DNA of 64,000 nucleotides from Anaeromyxobacter sp. Its GTDB lineage: Bacteria; Myxococcota; Myxococcia; Myxococcales; Anaeromyxobacteraceae. The stretch's first letter is position 1, and every line of letters starts with the position of its first letter. Location of the stretch: the NCBI GenBank assembly GCA_049840735.1, contig JASGJN010000026.1, positions 288,001 through 352,000 of the forward strand. Reading direction: 5' to 3'. The notes beneath the pieces were generated by a model. The model did not search any database and had not been told where the DNA came from. It saw only the letters and a program-made list of their open reading frames with translations. Shown piece by piece: positions 56,788-64,000 of the stretch. A program made the position numbers and the translations under genes.

Positions 56788-57083
56788 TACGCCGCGCTCT
56801 TCGAGGCGGGGCAGCCGGCGCAGCAGTCGGACTTCGCGCCGCCGCCGCCGTCGGACGCCTTCTTCTCGCCGGCCTTCTCACCGTTGCCGGTGATGGCGGC
56901 GGGGTTCTTGCCGCCGTAGTCGGTGATGTAGAAGCCCGAGCCCTTGAAGGCGAAGCCGGCCGCCGAGATCAGCTTCTTGACCGGCGAGCCGCACACGTCG
57001 TGCAACTCGAGCGCCGGGGCGGACATCTTCTGCAGGGCGTCGAACCGCCCGCACTTGGGGCACTCGTACTCGTAGATGGGCAT
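56787..57083 (-). CDS. FmdB-family zinc ribbon protein
   Basis: MPIYEYECPKCG, FKGSGFYITDY. Confidence 0.92.
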   Translation of the reverse strand: MPIYEYECPKCGRFDALQKMSAPALELHDVCGSPVKKLISAAGFAFKGSGFYITDYGGKNPAAITGNGEKAGEKKASDGGGGAKSDCCAGCPASKSAA

Positions 57084-57242
57084 ACTCGTGCGACCTCTCT
57101 GCTCAGCAAACCTAAAATCCGGCGCCGCCCTGTCAAGCGGCCGCGCCCTCGCAGCGGCCGCCGCGGGACGCCCGGGCGCGTGCTAAGTAGGCGTCGTCCC
57201 GGAACATCCCCGGGCGGGGCGGACGAAGGGAAGGGATTTAGC

Positions 57243-58625
57243 ATGTCGCGGGCCGAGCTGGAAACGGTGCCACTCGAGATCGACACGCTGGTGGAGGCGC
57301 TGGATCAGGAGCGCGCGCGGTCGATCGCCGGGGTGGAGAGCGACCCAGGGCTCGTACGGCTGTATGCCGCCCACTCCAGGGTGGCCCACCGCCAGACGGT
57401 GACCGACCTGCGCGAGGCCGGGCAGGCGGCGCTGGCCGCCCGGGTGGCGGCGCTGCGGGCGGAGCGCGCCGCGGCCGAGCACGAGGAGCGCTGGCGGGCG
57501 CTGGAGGCGGCGGCGCACCAGCCGGGGCCGGACGGCGACGCGCCGCTGGCCGCGCTGGAGCTGGCGGTGCTGCGCGAGCCGGACCGGACCCGCCGGCTGG
57601 CGCTGGCGCGGGCCGCGGCGGACGCGCTGGAGCCGGCCGCGGCGGCGCGCGAGGCGGCGGTGGAGGCGCGCGCCCGGGCCGGCGCCGAGGTGGGCCTGGC
57701 GCCGGACTGGCGGGCGGTGGTGGAGGGCGACCAGCTGCTCGCGGCCAGCGACGACGCCTGGCGCGAGGTGCTCGGCTTCCGCGCCCGCCACGACCTGGGG
57801 CTGGCGCCGTCGCCGGGCGGGGACCTCACCCGCGGCGACCTGCTCTTCCTGCTGACGCTCTCGCGCTGGGACGGGCTGTTCCGCCCGGCGGCGCTGCGGG
57901 CCGCCGTCCACGCCACCGTCACCGCGCTGGGGCTGGACCTCTCCCGCCTCCGCATCGACGAGGGGACGCGCCCGGCGCAGTGGCCGGGGGTGCACGTGGT
58001 GGGCGCGCGGGTGGCCTGGCGCCCGCGGGGCGGGGCCGGGGACTGGCAGGACCTGCTGGCCGGCCTGCCGCGCGCGCTGGCCGCGACCCATGCCTCGCCG
58101 CACCGGCGCGAGCCGCTGCTGGGCCACGCGCTGGGGTGGCTGGTGGAGTCGCTGCTGCTCGAGCCGCGCTGGCTGGCGGACCACGCCGGCGTGGAGCGCA
58201 AGGTGGCGCCGGACCTGATCCGCGACCTGGCGCTGCGGCGCCTGTTCACGCTGCGTGCGCGGGCGGCCGCCTTCCGGATCGCGACCGAGGTGGAGCGCGG
58301 GCTCTCCGGCGCCGCCTGGCGCGAGGCCTACCGCGAGGCGCTCACCGCCGCCACCGGCGCGGCCTGGGAGGGCGTGCGCGCCGCGCGCGACGCGGACGGC
58401 GCGGCGCACGCCGCGGCGCTGGCCGGGGCGGGCGCCGGCGAAGCGCTCCGCCTGGCGGTGCGCGAGCAGCTGGACGAGGACTGGTGGCGCAACCCGCGGA
58501 CCGCCGCGTTCCTGGCCGGCCTGCTGGCCGGCGGCGCGCTGCCGGACCCTGAAGCCGGCGCGCCGCGCGAGCCGGCGCTGGCGGCGCAGGCCCTCGCGGC
58601 GAGGCTGGAGGGGAGCGCTCGCTAA
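57243..58625 (+). CDS. Helical hypothetical protein, possibly a degenerate M3-like zincin
   Basis: LLLEPRWL, EDWWRNP; no HExxH; stop TAA completed by the first base of the inserted element. Confidence 0.75.
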   Translation: MSRAELETVPLEIDTLVEALDQERARSIAGVESDPGLVRLYAAHSRVAHRQTVTDLREAGQAALAARVAALRAERAAAEHEERWRALEAAAHQPGPDGDAPLAALELAVLREPDRTRRLALARAAADALEPAAAAREAAVEARARAGAEVGLAPDWRAVVEGDQLLAASDDAWREVLGFRARHDLGLAPSPGGDLTRGDLLFLLTLSRWDGLFRPAALRAAVHATVTALGLDLSRLRIDEGTRPAQWPGVHVVGARVAWRPRGGAGDWQDLLAGLPRALAATHASPHRREPLLGHALGWLVESLLLEPRWLADHAGVERKVAPDLIRDLALRRLFTLRARAAAFRIATEVERGLSGAAWREAYREALTAATGAAWEGVRAARDADGAAHAAALAGAGAGEALRLAVREQLDEDWWRNPRTAAFLAGLLAGGALPDPEAGAPREPALAAQALAARLEGSAR

Positions 58626-60606
58626 GAGTTGTCCCACAATTCGCCAATCGGCGAAGCGTGGGCCGGGTCGGTTCGCCATCGGGCCCGCTCGGGCGTGGTC
58701 TGGCCGGAGCCAGCCTCATCCCGGGTTGGGCCCGTGGCCGTGCCGACGATTCGCCGAGCCACCGGTTTGCTTGCCGGTGTGGACGTCCGCCATGCGAAGG
58801 ACGGCTCGCGGGCGAAGAGGTCGGTTGACTCGGACCGGACGTCTTGCCGCCCGGGACAGCGAGGATCAAGAAGGTTTCCGATGGCGGCGCGGGCCTGCCG
58901 GGTGGCGTCGTAGTCGACGCGCGCCGTGGCTGGCTCGCCGGGCCGATCGAGGACGAGGAAGGCGCCGAGGACCGCGGAGACGGCGTCCCTGTCCCCTTCC
59001 AGCCCGCAGCGAGGGCAGCGGTGGACCCGGTCGGCGAGCGACTTCTCGACCCGGACGCCGCAGGGGCAGTGCTGGGAGAGGGCGGTGGTCTGCGTGGGGA
59101 TCCTGACCACGCCGCCAACGTTGCCAGCGACGGTTGCGGTGGCACGCGCCTCCCGGTCGATAGCCGCGAGCAGCGTCCCCGGCGTGAACGTGGCCACCCC
59201 GCGCCCCCAGGTGCGCGCCCAGGCGGTGATGGTCACGTCCTCGACGGCGAGCTGATAGCCGTGAGTGCGTACCACCTCGGCGGCGACCTGCCGGGCCCGG
59301 TCGCGCCGGGCCTGCGTCCACGACGACGCAGCGGCAGCCTGCTCAGCCCGGAGGAAGCGGTAGCGCTTCGAGAGCGTGTCCCGCCGGTAGGCCTGAAGCG
59401 GGACGCCGTCCGACCGCGCCAGCCGCGGGCCTCCAGGGATCACCTCGACCGGCGTGAGGCCGGCGGCGGCCCGCCGGCGGGCGCGCTTCTCCTGGCGCCT
59501 GGAGAGCCGGTACTGGGCCCGGTTCGCGGCCCGGCGCGACCGCTCCAGGGCCCGCTGCCTGCGCCGCTCACGGCGACTGCGGCCTCGGTCCCGCGCCTTG
59601 GCCTGACCGTCTAGCTCCACCCTGGTGAGCCGCAGGTCGCCCCCAGCCACCTGGGAGGCGATGGTCAGGTTGGACACGTTGACGTCTATCCCCGCCACGC
59701 GCTCCGCCTCGTCGTTGGCCGCAGCTTCCCGCCGTGCCTGCGCCGAAGGCGAGACGTACGGCTGGGCGAGGACCATCAGATGCGCCTCGTACCGCCAGCC
59801 ACCGGGCGCATGAGGCGACCGCGTACGCACCAGGTCGACCTTGTGCCAGCGGGCCGGGTCGGCCAGGTGATGGTCGAGGATGGGCTGGTTGCACGGCGCG
59901 GTGGGGAGGCGAACCGGCAGGACCAGGGCGCCTCCGGGGAGGCCGCTGAAGAGACCAGCGCCAGAGGCCCCTGATAGGACCACCAGTCAACGCGCCGATC
60001 GGCGGCCCCCGGGACCTGGAGGTGCCGCGGCTGGACGAAGTCGCCGCCGGGCCTGGTGTACCTGCCCCGGTGGCCTGCGAGGGAGCCGTGGAGCCGAAAG
60101 GTCTCCCATTTCCGCTCCCGGGTGTGTGACCGGGCCCGGCCAGGAAGCCGTGAGAAGTCGAACCAGCGCCCGACGCGGAGAAGTCCCTGCCGCTTGCCTT
60201 TCGCGTCCGGGAACAGGTGGCGCTCCACCGGCGTCCAGACCGAGTCGGCGAGGTGCATCGCCAGCGCCTTGGTGACGTTCCGGCGGAGGTGGGGCGCCGC
60301 GTCGAGGTGCGCGTAGGCCGCCTGCTCCAGCGCCTCGCGCGAGAGGCCGAGCCTGGCCCGGGTCTCGGAGGCGCTCCGGGCCCGCGCCTTCGTCGCCGCC
60401 CAGTAGGCCCGCACCCGGTCCCGCGCCGTCCGCTGGAGCGCGCGCCGGACCTGGTAGGCCCCGGAGAAGATACCTTCGAGCCGTCGTCGCTGCACCGGGT
60501 CGTGGAGGTCCAGGGCGAGCCGGAGCACCGACACCCCGTCCTCGCGCCGGCGGATCCAAGGCCGCTGCCGGTTCGGACCACGGGTTCGCTTGGCAGAGGC
60601 GCTCAC
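58622..60606 (-). CDS. Large TnpB/Cas12-like RuvC + zinc-ribbon nuclease (~660 aa), frameshift at ~59951; start uncertain
   Basis: RuvC-I VAGIDVN, Arg-rich helix, RuvC-II LAVED, SQHCPCG..HRCPRCG, RuvC-III DRDAVSA. Confidence 0.85.
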
Positions 60607-60940
60607 CCGCTCATCGTGAACCCATGCCCTGACATCTTGTTCAGTGAGGGTTGGCTTCCGCCGGTGGCCCGGGAAACGAGGCCACCGTGTTGTCCTCGCC
60701 GATGGCGGATACCGGGGAGTCCTGGGTCTTCGTATCCCGGTCTTCCGCCACAACCGGGTCGTCCGCGACGCCGCCTGGCGCCGTCACCGCAAACAGCGCG
60801 CCCGGGTCGAGCACGTCCTCGCTCGCCTCAAAGACTGGCGCGTCCTCCGGGACCACCGGCGGCGGGGGCGACACCTCGGATCCACGGTCGCCGCCGTGGC
60901 CTTCCTCTACAACCTCAAGCTCGAATTTCGGGACAGCTCC
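58625..60940. mobile_element. IS5-like inverted-repeat element with TA duplication, carrying a TnpB/Cas12-like gene and a transposase remnant
   Basis: Left AGAGTTGTCCCACAATTCG vs right (reverse complement) GGAGCTGTCCCGAAATTCG, 15/19; TA at 58623-24 and 60941-42. Confidence 0.85.
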
Positions 60941-60943
60941 TAG
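60651..60943 (+). pseudogene. C-terminal remnant of an IS5-like (DDE_Tnp_4-type) transposase
   Basis: ASAGGPGN, then after a frame change VLADGGYRG...HRKQRARVEHVLARLKDWRVLRD...AFLYNL, ending in the right IR. Confidence 0.85.
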
Positions 60944-61275
60944 CTCTTCTTCCGCAGCGCCCGGAGGATCTTCTCCTTCGTGCGGGAGGGCTGCGGGGCG
61001 GCGCGGCGCGCGACCGGCGCCGGGGCGGCCTCGGCCTGCGCCTCGCGGCGGCGCAGGAAGGCCTCGATCTCGTAGGAGAGCAGCTCGATCTCGAGGTCGC
61101 TGCGGGGCGGCGCGGCCCGCTCCAGCGGCGCCGCGCGCGGCAGCGCAGCGCCCAGGCGCATGCGCATCACGCGCTCCTCGTCCGCGGCCAGCTCCCGGAC
61201 CGGACCGCGCCGGAGCGCGGCCTGGGCGGCTGCCTCCGTCACGACCGCGGTGGTCCCCGTCTTCTTCGTCTGCAT
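60940..61275 (-). CDS. Small hypothetical protein
   Basis: LAADEERVMRMRLG, KEKILRALRKKS; GC3-rich. Confidence 0.75.
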   Translation of the reverse strand: MQTKKTGTTAVVTEAAAQAALRRGPVRELAADEERVMRMRLGAALPRAAPLERAAPPRSDLEIELLSYEIEAFLRRREAQAEAAPAPVARRAAPQPSRTKEKILRALRKKS

Positions 61276-61520
61276 GGTCCACATGGTAGGGGCCAGGGCT
61301 GACCTGTCCATTTTTCGCCGGCCCGCGACCGCGTCCCGCCCGGGCGGCCAAGCGCCCGTCCGGCAAGGGCTTTCCGTCTCACCCGGCCGGCGGCGATATC
61401 ACACACCCGTCCCCGGCCGATGTCTTGCGGGGCGGCTCGTCGGCGGTAAGGCTCCAGGGCGGCGGGGCCCGCCTGGCAGCGCGGCTGCCGGGCCGCGCAC
61501 CGCGGCGGGAGGCGCGATCC

Positions 61521-61973
61521 ATGGCCGGCTGGCAAGACAACCTGCTGGAGGACGACGAGCAGCTCCGGGCGCTGCTGGCCACCGTCCGGCGCGTGGCGGT
61601 GCTGGGCATCAAGACCGAGGCCCAGGCCGGGCAGCCGGCGTTCGACGTCCCCGAGGTCCTCGCCCGCGCCGGGCTGGAGATCGTCCCGGTGCCGGTCTAC
61701 TACCCGGAGGTCCAGGCCATCCTGGGCCAGCCGGTGTACCGGCGCGTGGCCGACGTGCCCGGCCCGCTCGACCTGGTGGACGTCTTCCGCCGCCCCACCG
61801 ACGTGCCGGCGCACGTGGACGACCTGCTGGCCAAGCGGCCTCGCGCGGTCTGGCTGCAGCTCGGCATCCGCAGCGACGCGGCCGCCGAGCGCCTGGCGCG
61901 CGAGGGGATCCAGGTGGTGCAGGACCGCTGCCTGAAGGTGGAGTGGCGGCGGCTGGGGCCGGGGAGGGCCTGA
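61521..61973 (+). CDS. CoA-binding protein (YccU-like)
   Basis: RVAVLG, DLVDVFRR, VWLQLGI, VVQDRC. Confidence 0.92.
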   Translation: MAGWQDNLLEDDEQLRALLATVRRVAVLGIKTEAQAGQPAFDVPEVLARAGLEIVPVPVYYPEVQAILGQPVYRRVADVPGPLDLVDVFRRPTDVPAHVDDLLAKRPRAVWLQLGIRSDAAAERLAREGIQVVQDRCLKVEWRRLGPGRA

Positions 61974-62112
61974 GGGCCCGTCGAACCGCGGCTGCGCCCC
62001 GTTGCTTCGTGACGCCAGGTGAACGGCGCTGCGCCGTCCGCCCCGGGTGCTGCTCTTCGGCCCCCGCCGGCGCGCCAGGGAACGCGCCGGCGGTTCGCGG
62101 CCTGCTGCGCCG

Positions 62113-62274
62113 CTACCTCGCCGCCGGGACCGAGACGGCCGGCAGCACCGTCATGACCTGCGGGGCGGTGACATAGCGGGGCGGAGAGGAGAGCTGCGCG
62201 GTGAACGTCGCCAGCAGGATGATGGCGAGCGCCAGGCAACCCCAGCCTTCGTACGTGCGGATCTTGACGACCAT
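62113..62274 (-). CDS. Small (53 aa) single-TM protein
   Basis: SD GGAGG; MVVKIRTYEGWGCLALAIILLATFTAQLSSPPRY... Confidence 0.6.
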   Translation of the reverse strand: MVVKIRTYEGWGCLALAIILLATFTAQLSSPPRYVTAPQVMTVLPAVSVPAAR

Positions 62275-62494
62275 GGTGCGACCTCCGTTGAGCGACGCAG
62301 AGAATCATACGCCCCGGAGGCAAGGCTATTTCATCCCGACAAGTACGAGGTCAGGACCACACCATGGGTCAACCTGAAGGATGCGACACCCTTGGTGACT
62401 GCGCGCTTGCGCGCGGCGCCGCAGCGGCGCGCGCAAGAGGCTGGGACCACTGGTGAAGCGGTTGGCGCACCTGGGCGGCGTGCGCCATACGTCG

Positions 62495-63442
<948 letters not shown>

Positions 63443-63523
63443 CCCTCAGGGGAAACCACTCTTCGGGGCGCGGCGCAACTTCGGGCCATGCGTCCCGCAA
63501 GGGGGCGGCGGGGTCGGCGCCTG

Positions 63524-63901
63524 CCCTTCGACTCCGCGGGCCCTGCGGGCCCGCTACGCTCAGGGCGAACGGATCCCCTGTCGCCGTTCGTCCTGAGCGT
63601 AGCGCCCGCTCAGCGGGCGCGGAGTCGAAGGACAGGCCACCACCGCCAGGGCGAACGGTCCGCCAGTCCTCCGTTCCTCCTGAGCGTAGCGCCCGCTCGG
63701 CGGGCGCGGAGTCGAAGGACAGGCCACCACCGCCAGGGCGAACGGTCCGCCTGTCTCCGTTCGTCCTGAGCGTAGCGCCCGCTCGGCGGGCGCGGAGTCG
63801 AAGGACAGGCCACCACCGCCCGGGCGAACGGATCCGCCTGTCCTCCGTTCGTCCTGAGCGTAGCGCCCGCTCAGCGGGCGCGGAGTCGAAGGACAGGCCA
63901 C
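63524..63901. repeat. REP cluster: one reverse copy plus four tandem forward copies (86-88 bp period)
   Basis: CCGTTCGTCCTGAGCGTAGCGCCCGCTC(A/G)GCGGGCGCGGAGTCGAAGGACAGGCCACC at 63584, 63671, 63757, 63845. Confidence 0.93.
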
Positions 63902-64000
63902 CTCGCTACGGATTCCCCAGCCCCAGGTCCGGCGACTCTGCCCCGGTGCTGCCGCGCGGCGGCGGCGCGGTGTCGGACGTGGAGCCTGTCGGGCTCGCGT

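Noticed and set aside
63584..63901. CRISPR array for the nearby Cas12-like gene
   Set aside because: Linkers between repeats are near-identical rather than unique spacers, the repeat belongs to a dispersed family, and it lies outside the IR-bounded element

Overview
Very GC-rich bacterial DNA whose gene content resembles Anaeromyxobacter/Myxococcota (inference). Most of it is ordinary chromosome: aroE-aroC-aroK-aroB-aroQ, a maltodextrin/alpha-glucan cluster, DUF1800/DUF1501, a PAS hybrid kinase, murJ, an MCP, a rhomboid, aqpZ, an M1 peptidase, AmmeMemoRadiSam, fadH, an RluA-family synthase and ctaA. The standout is a 2.3-kb element at 58625-60940 with 19-bp imperfect terminal inverted repeats and a TA duplication. 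It holds a decayed IS5-like DDE transposase remnant and, divergently, a large (~660 aa) TnpB/Cas12-like RuvC + zinc-ribbon nuclease with all three catalytic acidic residues. That ORF runs through a subterminal hairpin and the end repeat, as expected of an omegaRNA-type guide system. The element sits in the CTAG formed by overlapping stop codons of two convergent genes. Also notable: a RAYT-like HUH transposase with its own inverted repeats and a sigma54-type promoter; about 19 copies of a REP-like repeat with constant flanks and a covarying hairpin, one in-frame inside aroB; and a lipoprotein subtilase with amylase-type C-terminal modules. About ten small frameshifts in intact-looking genes suggest uncorrected long-read errors. 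All family calls are motif recognition by eye; no searches were run.
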